Part shown: positions 23,519 to 36,449 of the stretch, piece after piece
How the letters are laid out: each line of letters begins with the position of its first letter
How positions within the stretch are numbered: position 1 is the stretch's first letter
Assembly: GCA_001724265.1 (NCBI GenBank)
Contig: MEDY01000063.1
Coordinates: 1-64,000 of the forward strand
From: Rhizaria sp. SCN 62-66
Taxonomy: Eukaryota
Reading direction: 5' to 3'
Length of the DNA stretch: 64,000 bases
The notes under the pieces: model-generated
Told to the model about the DNA's origin: nothing
What the model saw: only the letters and a program-made list of their open reading frames with translations
The model's database searches: none
Made by a program: the position numbers and the translations under genes

Positions 23519-26007
23519 TTACTCGGTCTCAGTGAAGTTGAACTTGGGGTACTTGTCGTAGGTCTGGGCCCAGGTCATGTCGCCGCGGACGATGGCGGCC
23601 ACGGCCTCGACGGCCTCGGAGACCTTGACCTGCGGGGGGAAAAGAGCAACAGACACAAAAGAGGGGAAATATCGGCGAGGTGAGTGCGGTATCAACAAAA
23701 AGCATATCATAAACATATACACTAATGATAATACACATTATGATTGGGTTATGCAGGATTAATAGTAAATAAAGTGGAGAAATACGAGAAGAAAGATAGA
23801 GCGATGAGAGAGCACGAACCTGGATCTGCTGCATGGTGTCGCGCTCGCGGATGGTGACGAGCGCCTTGGCGGGATCGCACGACTCCAGGTCGACGGTGAT
23901 GGCAAACGGGATGCCGATCTCGTCGCCGCGCGCGTACTTGCGGCCGATGGACGCCTTGGCCGTGTCCTCGTTGTACGAGAGGCCCTGGCGGATGGCGGCG
24001 GCGCGGATCGCGGCGAACACGGGCTGGTAGGGCATGTTGCTGGCGACATTGTAGAGACCGATCTTGACGGGCGCGATGACGGGCGTCAGGCGCAGCACCT
24101 TGCGCTGCTCGTCGGCGGCGCGAGAGTACATGGCGTGCTCGAGGATCGAGTAGATGATGCGGCCCAGGCCGAACGAGGGCTCGATGACAGAGGGCAGGTA
24201 CGAGACCGTCGAGACCTTCTGGTCCTTCTCGGTGACCGTGCACTCGTCCGCGGAGAGGGAGACGGTCTCGCCTGAGGCAAGGGTCACGTTCGCGGAGCCG
24301 TTGGCGGCCAGGGACGCGCCGAGGGCCTAGGAAAAGAAAAGTAACAAAATTAAGAAATGTTAGTAATTGCGAGTAAAAAGAAGATTATCAACATATTTAC
24401 GAGTTATATAGAGATATTTTGTGTCATGTTGGCTCAGCGTACCTGAATGGCCTCCTGGGAGAGCTGGAAGACGGCGGCCAGCACCTCCTGGGTCTTGGCG
24501 CCGAGGCGGGCGCCGAGCTTCGGGCGGTTGGGGGTCGCGAAGAACTTCTTGACGATGATGGGCGTCTCGAGGGTCTCGTTCGCGGTCAGGTTGACCTTGG
24601 AGCTCTCGGTGTGGACCTTGAGGTCGTAGGCCGAGCGGTCGGCGTGGCCGACGCACTCGATCCAGCTGCGATGCGAGCAAGAAAAAGAAACACAAATTAG
24701 AACATTTGAGCACAAATGATAGACACATCTCGAATTGAAACGAAGACATCGTCAAATAAAAGAAAAACACATTGAATTCTATCAATACAAATAATATTAG
24801 GTCTTGTTAAGTGAGGGACGTACCCGTAGGAGGTCTTGATCTCGGCGTCCCAGCAGTCCTTGGCGTAGTGGGCCATCTCCGTCTTGAGGTGCTGGCGGAA
24901 GCGCAGGCGCGAGGCGTCGACACCGGCGGTGACGAGAAACATGTGGGTGCGCGCCATGAAGTATGCGAGCGTCTCGTTGTCGATGACACCCTGCGCGACG
25001 GCGTCGCCGATGCTGAGCGTGATGGTGACCGACTTGCCCTCCTCCTGACCGGCCTGCGACAGCAACACGAGCTGGTAGTCCTTGTTGGCGGCGAAGGCCG
25101 GGTGCGACTTGTCGCTGGGGTTGACGAAGTGCTCGATCTCGGCCAGGGGGAACTCGCGCACGCGCAGCAGACCGGCGCGGGGCGCGATCTCGTTGCGGTA
25201 GGCGAGGCCGATCTGCGCCGCCGCGAAGGGAAGCTTGTGGTTGTTGTACTCGTACAGACGGCGGAAGTTGACGAAGATGCCCTGGGCGGTCTCGGGACGG
25301 AGGTAGCCGACGGCCTTGCCGGTGGGGCCGATGCTCGTCTTGAACATGAGGTTGAAGGTGCTGACCTCGGAGACGGGGTTGCCGTTCGCGGTGACGCCGA
25401 ACTCCTTGATCGCGGCCTCCAGCTCGGGCTTGGTCATGCTGCCGGCCTTAGCGGCGGCGGCCGTCACGGCGTCGAAGTAGACCTGGTTGCCCTTGGTGTC
25501 GGGCAGGGCGAGCAGCTGCTCACAGCGCTCCTCGAGCAGCTTGTCGGCGCGGTGGTACTCGTTGGTGACCGTGTCCTGGACCATGAAGTCAGTGAAGCGG
25601 TCCACGTGACCCGACGCCTTAAGCACAACCTCGGGCGTCATGGACGAGCACGAGATCTCGAGCATCGACTCGGAGAGCACGAAGTGCTGGCGCCAAAAGG
25701 ACTGGAGGTTGGCCATGAGGGAGCAGCCGGGCGGGCCGTAGTCGTACAGGCCGGCCACACCGCCGTAGATCTCGAACGAGGGGACGTAGAAGAACTTGCG
25801 CAGGAGCAGGTCCTCAAGGTCGGCGCGGAACTTGGCGACGGCGGCGCGCTCGGCGTTGCCGGCCTCGTTTGCCTTGGCGATGGCGTTCTTGGCGTCCTTG
25901 AGCTGGGCGACGAGCGCCGCGAGCTCTTCCTTGTTGTGCTCGGGGGTCGACTTGAGGGCACGCACGCGGTCGCCGAGGTCGGCAGCGGTCTTGATCAGGG
26001 CCTCCAT
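23519..26007 (-). CDS. GARS: Glycyl-tRNA synthetase (eukaryotic alpha2 type, N-terminal WHEP domain), 674 aa
   Basis: Exons 26007-24824, 24665-24443, 24326-23820 and 23629-23519. Motifs FEIYGGVAGLYDYGPPG, YLRPETAQGIF, RNEIAPRAGLLRVREF, EMAHYAKDCWD, G|WIECVGHADRS, VIEPSFGLGRI, SIGRKYARGDEIG. Confidence 0.97.
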
Positions 26008-27329
26008 GTCAATACTGAGACGAAGCAGCAGCACCAGCAGTCGTGGCGTCGGGCGGAGCGACAAAGAGTGGTTGTGGAGCAAGGTGCAGATGAAAGAGCG
26101 CAGGGTTTGGGCGCAGGATTCGGAGAGATGGATAAAGATTCAGTCAAAGTTAGAGGTGGTTATAAGAAGAAAAATACGCGAATGAATGGTTGGCATTATG
26201 GAAGACTGAAAGAAAAAGGCTATGGGAAGAACATGCTGCCCAAAGAGAGTGGACGATGAGGTGCGGAAACCCCTCAGTTTAGTAGTGTTCGAAAGGCGGA
26301 ATCCGAGCAAGATATGCACAACATCAAAACCAAACAAATCGTGAAAACCGAGTTCGCAGCCTATTATAACCGAGGCACTTCATAGCAAGCCAACAAAGGC
26401 ATAGACAAGACCCCTATATACCCCGTGAAGTAGCTTGCGTCATCTCGCCTCTCACGCCCACATCCCCATTCGGTTTTGTGGTCGGGGCTGGAGGACCGAT
26501 AAAATAGGCCTGCAGCTGCACCAGCAAATGAGATATTTGAACGTGGATGGTGAGCGAAACAGGCGAGAGTTCTTGAAGTAGTGATTTAGGTCTATTCAAC
26601 GATGAGGTTTTATGTATTGGCATTATTATGATTTCTTACAAGGAGGGTTCAGGCGCGCTTGGTCTTGGGTCAAGCGCTCTTAACCAGAGCTAACTCGAGA
26701 TGCTTGGTCCTACCCGCGTGCCAGAGGCTGATGGCTCGACTGCTACTGCCCACGATCGTCTGTGCAGGTACGCACATGGCGGGTGTATGCTGCGATGCGA
26801 TGGTATCGTTGTGTCGCGTGATTAAGGTTGAGAGCGAGACCGATAAGCATATGAGAGATTGAGGTGACCTTCGCATCACTCACTCTTGTCACAGCGCAAG
26901 GACGCTTGCCGAGCTGCTGAACTGACTGCTACTGACCAGGGGAAGTGCTAGGATGGGATGTAGAGTGCCATGGGGGCTAGCTTTGTAGCAGGGCTTAAGT
27001 TAGGGCTAATGACGTGGTGGCGCGAGATCGTTTGAGTCGGGGTCAGCACACTAATACAAGGCCTTGACGAGATCTACTGACAGCTGCCAAAATAAAAATG
27101 AAGTATGTGATATATAATCTAAGGTTGAAAGATATATACAAAGTCTGGCTTTAAAGAGACTGATGAAGAGTCTGAGGGCGTTGTGAGTATGCTTCTGAAA
27201 ACAATTGGTGGTGAAATGCTCACACTCGGTCAAACGGAAGTGATTTGAGGTCGGTTGGGTCGTGGTGTTTTCGTCGAAGATCTACGAACGGCACGTCGTA
27301 CGATACCCTCACGGGAGTTTCAACTAACA

Positions 27330-30300
27330 ATGGTACGTTAAGTTCTGTCTATATCTCTTTTTCCTTTTCCAAAACACCCTTGTTCAACCCCTTTGCGGAC
27401 CGCGCTGGCGGCGGTGACGCTGCAGCACTCCAGACTCTCTGGATCTGTCCATTCCCGCGCCTTGCTACACTGCACCGTTCCACTGCTCCGGACTGATCTA
27501 TGCATTAACGTCCTGCGTCATGGAACGTGTTTACCCGTGCGATGCAGCAGTTACTATTCGCATCTGTCTTTGCCTCCAAAGAAGTCTCTCTATCCAGACC
27601 CATCTTGCTGCCTCATCCCGCCGTTGATAATCTCTTTATCTTCGCCGACTTACACTGCTCCCATTCCGTTTCCTCTCCGCATCATTTCTTATCTCCGCAT
27701 TTTTCCACTGGAATTCTACTCACGCACGACGCCTTGCTGCCTCTCTTGTCGTTTTGCCTCAACTACCACTCTGTCCAATTTCTGCCAACGGCTTGTCATA
27801 CGAACTGTCTGCTCTCCCCTCTCGTTCCCGTTTCCGCATCTGCACCGCTTTCTCTCAGCCGTCTGATCCCCCCGCCAAGAAGCCCGCGCCTGAGGAGGCC
27901 GCGAAGAAGCCCGCCGCCGGTGGCAACAACGCCAACAACAAGAAGAAGGACGAGGCCGATGCCGAGTCCTCGCTCAGCCCCGAGGACCGCAAGCTCAAGG
28001 AGGCCCTCGAGGCCGCCGTCGCGCGCCTCATTGCCGCCCAGGTACATATCTCACCTATTTCACATTATCACGCAACTAATTACTTGCATCTTGCCCTCAG
28101 TATGCCCTGGTCTGATCCGTGTTGCTCAATCGTTGTCTTTGTCTAGACCTGTATTTGTCCAACAACTCACTCTTCTCTTTACCCTTTCTATCATGTTCTC
28201 TGCTGTTTGTTTCTTGATCTATCACGCTCGCGACGCAGGATGCCGGCGTGTCTGATGCGGATTTCTTCGCCCAGCAGCGCTCCGCCCTGGACGAGCTGCG
28301 CAAGGAAGTTAAGAACGCGACGTCGTCCATGACCGCCATCCCCAAGCCGCTCAAGTTCTTGCGCGCGTCTTACGGCCCACTCAAGGCCTGCTACAACGAT
28401 CCCGTGCGCATGCGCGTCGGCGGTGCGAACCCGAACAAGCCGCTGCTGGCCGACGTGCTCTCGATGCTCGCCATGACCCAGGGCTCGGAGAACCGCGAGG
28501 TGCTTGCATTCCGCCTCCTCGGCTCACAGGTACGATCTCGAGCGATATCCACCGCAAAACGAACGCAAAGCGAGTTCAAGTTTATTATTCGAACTGTTTG
28601 TCATTATGTTTATTCTAAAAACATCTGATTTCTTTGGCTCACTCATCTTTCCGTATTGCTTTCTCTCTCTTGTTTTAACGTACCACCAGGAGCCTCTGGC
28701 GGAGTGGGGCACGGAGTACATCCGCGCGCTCGCCGGCGAGGTCGGGCTTGAGCACCAGAAGATGGTCGAGGAGGACCTGTCGCCCGACGAGCTGGTGACG
28801 CTGATCGACAGCATCATCGAGTACGACTTCGCACACAACGCTGAGTTCGAGGCGCTCGACCTGCTGATCGAGGTCGGCCAGGTGTCCAAGGCCGTGCCCT
28901 TCATCACGGCCGACACTGCGCTGCGCTGCGGCAAGTACCTGCTTGCGTGCGCGACCTACCTTGACGTCGAGGAGCAGGAGGCTCTGTACCGCTCGGCCGT
29001 GGACATGCTGCTGGCGCACGGCCACCACGCCTACGCCGTGATCGCGGCGCTCAAGCTGCCCGCGATGACGCCGCTGAGCGACGCCGACGCCGCCTCGGAC
29101 GCGGCCGAGGCCGGTGAGGTGGACGTGACGGCGCCCTACGCGGCGCGCGACCTGACCGTGCTGCGCTGCTTCGCGGCCGTGGCCGAGGACGAGGCTGCAC
29201 AGCGCCAGCTGGGCTACATCCTCGGCTCGCAGCGCGTGTACCTGCCCGCCGTCGAGGCGCGGTACGCCGCCGCCGCCGAGCCCATGGGCAACGTGGCGCT
29301 GTCGCAGCAGTTCCTGGAGCTGGCCAAGGACCTGGACGTGCTGGAGCCCAAGGCGCCCGCGGACGTGTACAAGGAGCACCTTGAGGACCGCGGCGTGGCG
29401 ATGCGGCGCGCGCACGGCACGCCGGCCTACGACTCGGCCATGCAGAACCTGTCGGCGACGATGGTCAACGCCTTCGTCAACCTCGGCTTTGGCAAGGACA
29501 CGCTGCTGCTGGGCGCAGATGGCGCCGCGAGCAACAGCGAATGGCTGTTCCGCCACAAGGACGCGGGCCTGACCACGGCCGCGGCCTCCGTCGGCATGCT
29601 CTCGCTCTGGAACGTCGAGGAGGGCTTCAGCACCACGGACAAGTACAGCTTCGCCAAGACGCAGCCCTTCGTCACCGCAGGCGCGCACCTCGCCTCAGGC
29701 CTGCTCTCCACGGGCGTGACCTCCGACATGAACGCGTCGCTGGCGCTGCTGTCGGAGCAGCTCGAGTCGGAGAGCGAGGACACCCGCGTCGCGGCGCTGC
29801 TCGGCCTCGGCGTCGCCTACGCCGGCTCCTGCAACGAGGAGGTCATGGAGCTCGTCGTGCCGCTCGTGGCCGACGCCGCCAACTCGATCGCGCTCGTCTC
29901 GATGGCCATCTTCGCGCTGGGCCTCGTCTTCACCGGCTCCGCTAACGCAGAGCTCTTCGGCACCGCGGTTGAGGCGCTCGCCGACCGCGACAACGGCGGC
30001 GCCGACGCCGCCGCGGCCGGTGGCGACCTGGCGCTGCCCGTGGCGCGCCTTGCGTGCATCGGCATGGGCCTGCTGTACCTTAACACGCAGCGCTGCGAGA
30101 TGGCGCTCGAGGTCGCGGCCGCCGTGCAGCACCCGATTAAGGCGTATCTGCTCTCCGTGGTCGAGACCTTCGCCAGCGCGGGCACCGGCAGCGTGCTGCA
30201 GCTGCAGAAGCTGCTTGGGCTGTGCGCCGAGAAGCCCACCGGCTCTGTCGACGGCGACGACGAGGAGGAGGAGGAGGAGGAGGAGGCCGAGGCCGGCGCC

Positions 30301-31698
30301 AAGGGCAAGGACGGCAAGCCTGTCGCCGCCACCGCCGCCGCCTCTGCTGGCGTTGCTGGTGCTGCTGCTGCTGGCTCTGCTGCCGGCGCGGCCGGTGCTG
30401 CTGGCGAGGAGAAGAAGGACAACAAGGACGACAAGGACAAGGCTAAGCTCACCGCTGCTCAGGTACGTCAGTCAGTCAGGTCAATAACAAAGATGTTGTA
30501 TGAAGATATTTTTCTAATTAATTGAAAAGCGAATAGCAACATTAATTTTGTATTTTTTAATTGTGATTGTAGTCAGTTCATTTGCAACACAATTCCTTTA
30601 TCCATAACTCAAACCACCCACTTTTCACTTTTCCACCCCTGATATGATCTGATCTGATTGATCCCCTCGTGTTTTCACTGCAGCTGACTCTGAAGAACCT
30701 GCCCCGCGGCTCCTCGGTGCTGGGCCTGGCCGCCGTGGCGATGGGCGAGGACCTCGCGTCGCAGATGGCGCTGCGCTCGCTGGACCACGTGTACCAGTGC
30801 GGCGACGTCCACGTGCGCCGCGCAGTGCCGCTCGCCCTCGCGCTCGTGTCTGTGTCGAACCCGCAGCTTCCCGTGATGGACACGCTGTCGAAGCTCTCGC
30901 ACGACCAAGACGAGTTCGTGTCGATGAACGCCGTGCTCGGGCTCGGCGTGCTGGGCGCGGGCACCAACAACTCGCGCATCGCGGCCATGCTGCGCAACCT
31001 CGCCGCCTTCTACTCCCGCGAGCCCCACCACCTCTTCGTCGTGCGCATCGCGCAGGGCCTGCTGCACCTCGGCAAGGGCCTCTGCACGCTCTCGCCGCGC
31101 TCGCACGAGCAACAGCTGCTGAACCGGCCCGCGCTGGGCGCGCTGCTGGCGCTGCTGCATCTGTCTCTCGACCTGCCCGAGTCGCTCATCAAGGCGCGCC
31201 ACTACCTCTTCTTCGTGCTGGCCGCCGCCGTGCGCCCGCGCTTCCTCATGGCCGTCGACGAGGCCGGCGCGCAGGTCCCCGTGCAGGTCCGCGTCGGACA
31301 GGCCGTCGACGGCGTCGGCCAGCCTGGCAACCCCAGGTACGTTTACGTTTACGGACTTGACTTCGACTTCAACTTGCGATGGATGATGTTTGTGTTATTT
31401 GTGGCGAGTATATTTAATATTAGAGTCGAGATTGTATTTATAGCAAATATTTCTTCCTGATCTATACTTACTGCTATTTCTATCCCGATCAACTCACTTA
31501 TTCTTGAAATATCTTGCTAATATTTTGTCATCTGAACACAGGACCATCACCGGTTTCCAGACGCACACGACGCCGGTGCTGCTGGCGACGGGCGAGCGCG
31601 CTGAGCTGGCCACGGACGACTACATCGCGCTCACCGAGGTGCTCGAGGGCGTCGTCGTTGTCAAGCCCAACCCCAAGGCCGTCGGCAAGGAGATCTAA
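27330..31698 (+). CDS. RPN1: 26S proteasome regulatory subunit Rpn1/PSMD2, about 1019 aa
   Basis: Exons 27330-27332 (ATG only, inferred), 27859-28041, 28239-28529, 28690-30462, 30684-31336 and 31542-31698. Motifs [71 protein letters not shown]. Confidence 0.97.
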
Positions 31699-32845
31699 GC
31701 ACACAGTAGTAGCTGGATGATCGAAAGCACTGGAGACGAGATGGAAGTGGATTGATGGTGACCGTTGATGCGTGTGTGCGAGACTGCATCCGGGCACAGG
31801 AGTGGCATGAGAGGGCTGGGTCCGTGCTTTGGAGCGCGAATGTAAAGTAGCCCTGATCCCGTCAGCTTTCACGGTTGTGTAAAAGTAGGAAACGTAGAAC
31901 AAAACAAAGAAAAAGTAAAGAAAAACAGAAATCAAAAGCATTGTTTTATTAATAGTAGCAAGGAACATAATATTTTACATATAATAAACCAACAAAGTAT
32001 ATCAAGAGCGAATTTTAGCGTGCTTATTGCTTTGATTGTGATACGGTTCACGATGTGTTGTTGACGATGTGTTGTTGCGTGCACAGCTAGTGCTGGACCT
32101 GAAAAATCGTCAGCCACACACACATACACACATACAGCGCAGAGAGAAAAGACGACTGAGGGGCGACTTTGCAGGAGATTATGGTGGGGTTGCAGTCGTT
32201 GAATACGCATGACTGTGACATATGTTGGTTGAACTTGAGTGTCCTATTGCATGAGAGCTTTCGTTGCAGTTGTGAAGTTTGTATTGGCGTGCTGGTGCAG
32301 GATTGGCGCGGGCTTCTTGGAGGAGGAAGAATCGAGGCGAACTCAATCGCCGCTATTCTCTCTGCTGCCACGCAGCGTTTGCATCCCTACTTCATACTAA
32401 AAATTATTCAATTAAGAGATGTAGATCTACGATAGAGACTTGGTTTTTCTGTCTCTGGCCTCTGTTGCCGTTCTCAAACCACGCTCTTATGCTCGATCAT
32501 CGCCACAACGGACGGATAATGCATCTGTCAACCCCGCTGGCAGCTCGTCGCTCGCTCGCCAGACACTTTATCACGCTACATCACACACAATACTGTCACT
32601 ACTACGTTATTCTAATTTGACGCGTTTAACCTCACCCCGTTTCACTTCACTTTTCCCCACGGCGCCCGCAGCAACAACTCCCTCGGTCTTTAGCGGCAGC
32701 CAAGAGTTGCAATCCTTGCTCTCGCTCTTGCTCCCACTCCCGCTCTCGCGCAGACGCGACAGCACTTTGCGCGCACTATTCGGTAGCCCCGCTCTTGGAT
32801 TGCTGGTTATCACTGCTCGCAAGCAGCGGCTTATCTTCGAACACG

Positions 32846-33057
32846 ATGGAGACGCAGCCGCCCCCCGTACCCCCACCTCCAACAACACCATCAAGCCCTG
32901 CGACTCAGACGAGCTTTAGCTCGAGCTCTAACACAGCTGTTGCTGCTACACAACATGCATCGTTGTTGCAAGAACAGCCGCAGCCACAGCCGCAGTCTAA
33001 GTCGTCTGCGCTCGGCTACGTTCGCAGCTTGCTTGGTCTCTCCAATAGCAGCGGCAT

Positions 33058-33093
<36 letters not shown>

Positions 33094-35678
33094 CAGCGAT
33101 GCCAGCGCTGGAGCGACCGCTGCGGCTCAGCCGTGCAACGCCAACTCAACCACGACTGCCAGTCCGTGCACCTGCTCTACTGACAGCGCTGGCCCTGGCT
33201 CTGGTGCTGCCGCTCGTCCTCAGTTCTCCTACGACCGGAGCCTGCACTGCCCCGACCCGCCGATCTCGGCCCACAGCCCGCCGCACCCGCACATCGCGCC
33301 GCGCAAACCCCTCGTGACCGCGAGCACCGGCCCGAGCGCGAGCGCCAGTGCCGGTGCGGCGGCGACTGTAGCGGACCACGACTGTGTGCCTCCCGTCAAC
33401 ACTGACTCCACCTCTGCCAGTACAGCGACTGCTGCGACGGCGGCTCTCGCGGCGTCTGGCGTGACCGCGCCGGTCTCGCCCGCGTCCGTGACCGTGGCGG
33501 CGCCAGTCCCCGCGCCCGTGGCGGCGCCCGCGCACGCGCACGCGGCGCCGCACGTGCCGTGGTGGCATCACTGCACTGCGGGCGCGCTGGCGGGTGCCAC
33601 GGCGGCCGTGTTCGTGTCGCCGCTCGACGTCGCGCGCGTCCGCGTGCAGGCCACCTCGGCCACCACCATGGCCCTGCTCACCACCAACGCCAGCGCGCCC
33701 GCGAACGCGCACACAGCGGCTCACACGAGTACCACGAGTACCATGAGTTCTGCCGGCGTCGGTTTCGCCTCGGCGGGGCCAGCGCACGGGCTCTCGGGCA
33801 CTGCGCATAGAACGGCCACGGGCGCGGGCGGGCAGGCGGCCGCGCCCGCGCAGCACAGCCACGGCGGCGGCGGACTTGGCCACGGCCACGGCTCCGCTCA
33901 CGGCCACCCTGCTGCTGCCGCTGGGGCCACGACTGCTGCTGGTGCAAGTGCGAGTCCAAACACTGCCGGGGCGGGGACGTACTACGTCCGCGGGCCGCCC
34001 GCCGCGGGCGCCGGCGCCGTTGCCGCGGCTCACGGTCACCCCGTCTCTGGCCCCGTCACCAGCGCCACCCACGGCCCCAACCACGGCCCCGGCGCCGTCT
34101 CTCACACTGGCGCTGGCGCTGGCGCTGGCTCTGGCTCTGGCTCGGGCTCGAGTTCTCGTGTGGGCGCCGCCGCGAGCCGCGCAATCGACTCCGCGGAGGC
34201 CCGCGTGCGGAGCGCGTTCCCAGCGCCGCTGGCCGGCCCCACCACCACCGTCCCGCCCCTTGGCGGCACCCTCAGCTCTAGCTCCAGCACCGGCGCTGGC
34301 GCTGGCTCGGTGTCGAGCGCGAACGCCCGGCTGCGGTCGTGGCTGTCGACGTTCGCGCGGTCCGACCCGCTGGGCATCCGGCTCATCCGATCCATCGCCG
34401 CCGCTGAGGGGCCCAGTGCGCTGTACCGCGGTCTGTCCGCGAACCTGATCGCGCTGGTGCCCAACTGGGTGACGTACTTCCTCGTGTACACGCAGATGAA
34501 GGCGGCGCTGGAGCCCACATTGGCGCCGCGCGTGGGCGCCGCGGGCGCCGACCTGGTCAACGCCGTGGTGGCGGGCGCCGCGACGACGCTTGTGACTCAA
34601 CCCCTGTGGCTGATCAAGGCGCGTATGCAGGTGCAGGGAATGACGCCCGTGTACGCGACGCCCGGCGTTGGTGCCACGGCCGCGCTCATGGCCGACACGC
34701 CGCACGAGGCGCCCGTGCGTTACCGCGGGACCTGGCACGCCATGCGCCACATCGTGCGCACTGAGGGTGTCAGAGCGCTCTACCACGGCATGGTGCCGCA
34801 GATGATGGGGCTCGTCCACGGTACGTTTTGTGGTCAATGACAACAGCAAGGATATCTCGGCGATATCCTGCAGTTACGATTCACCGTTTAATATTTGAGT
34901 TTATTTTATTGATATATTTTAATGTATCACGTTTGATCTCAATCAGAGTGTATTTGCTTCTAATAGTATCTCATCTTCATGCTTCTGTCTACTTTGTCGC
35001 CCCCCTCTAGCCGCGATCCACTTCCCTCTGTACGAGTCGCTGAAGCGGCGCATGCACGCCTACAATGTGTCCCACGGCGTACGCCACGGCCCGCTGCGCC
35101 GCCGCGCGTGCGCCGGCGAGCCCTGCTACGCGGGCGGCTTCTCACGGCCGCACACGCTCGAGACCGACGTGCTGTCCTCCGCGCAGATCGCGCTTGCCTC
35201 GACCTCGGCCAAGACCGTGGCCTGCGTCGTAGCATATCCGCACGAGGTGCTGCGCGCTCGCTTTCAGACGCAGCACCACCTGGCCTCACTGGGGCTCAAT
35301 CAGGGCGCGCTCCACTCGACCGTGCTCTCCGCTTGCAAGGGCATCTACCAGGTACGCAATCGCTCCGCTCTGTAGCACCGTGATTTTGGTTGAAACATGC
35401 ATGTCACGGACAGTTTGACGTCTCTTGTGTGGATATGAGCACTTCAATATTTTGTGCTGCAGGAATAGCCTAATCATAATTCCAAAATTAGATTTTGTCT
35501 CATCTCACATCGTTACATTTTGTCTTTGTTGTATCTTTAGACTGACGGCATCCGCGGCTTCTACCGCGGCCTCAGCATCACGCTCGCCCGCTCAGTGCCC
35601 GCGTGCCTCGTCACGTTCGTGACTTACGAGAAGGTCCTCAAGATGATGGCTGACGCCCGCAGCAACGGCCACGACTAA
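32846..35678 (+). CDS. NDT1: Mitochondrial carrier (SLC25) of the NDT1/NDT2 NAD+ transporter type, 817 aa with a long N-extension and loop insertion
   Basis: Exons 32846-34820, 35011-35351 and 35541-35678. Three signature repeats (PLDVARVRVQ, PLWLIKARMQ, YPHEVLRARFQ) and NDT-type ALVPNWVTYF and GLVH|AAIHFPLYE. Confidence 0.85.
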
Positions 35679-36449
35679 TATGCACTTGTGTTCCCCCGTC
35701 TGGAGAACGTGTATCTATCTCCTGGCTCGACAGTGTGTCGGCTGCCCGCAGTGCGTTTGTCGTGGACCGTTGAGTTGCTTTGGCTCTTGCGCTGCGCGCA
35801 GTGGGGGCTTGACTTGCTTGGCTGACGTGAGACGTCACCAAGCCTTTATGTCAGTCAGTGACTGTGAGCTGCTCAGACTGATAAAGCAACGCCTCATCAC
35901 TGTCTTTGTGCTGATTCCACAGCACACTACAGTCGTTCCGATTGTTTCTCTCGACATTCTATCTATAATTTATTTCTTAATTCACGTTGATTTTGTTTGT
36001 TTCTCCCCTATTTAATCAATGCCTATCTAGCTTTGTTTGTTCGTGATAGTAATTTATTTCCCCCACCCTTCGTTTGTTCTTTACACTAGTGATTACAAGA
36101 ACAACTTTTACGCGGTAACAGCAGTGCTCAGTGCTGTCTTCAATGCACATCTACACTCTTTGTCCTTCTATTTGTTGCCGCTTTGTCATGTGTATCATCA
36201 CACATGCACCCATACCATAATACACCGACTTAATAGTTTATCATCATCAACGCAAGAAAACAATGTGGAGTGGCTCGATTAAAAAAACACTATTGTATCA
36301 TTTTTCGTGACATTTCTTGTCAGTTGTTACACTTTTTACTTGATCTTCTACAGATCTAATATTCATTTTCAAAGAACACATCAATGTCACATGAAAGTTC
36401 ATTGTAACAAACACGCTTCGACCACGCAGCCCTTTAGATGCCATTCTAC

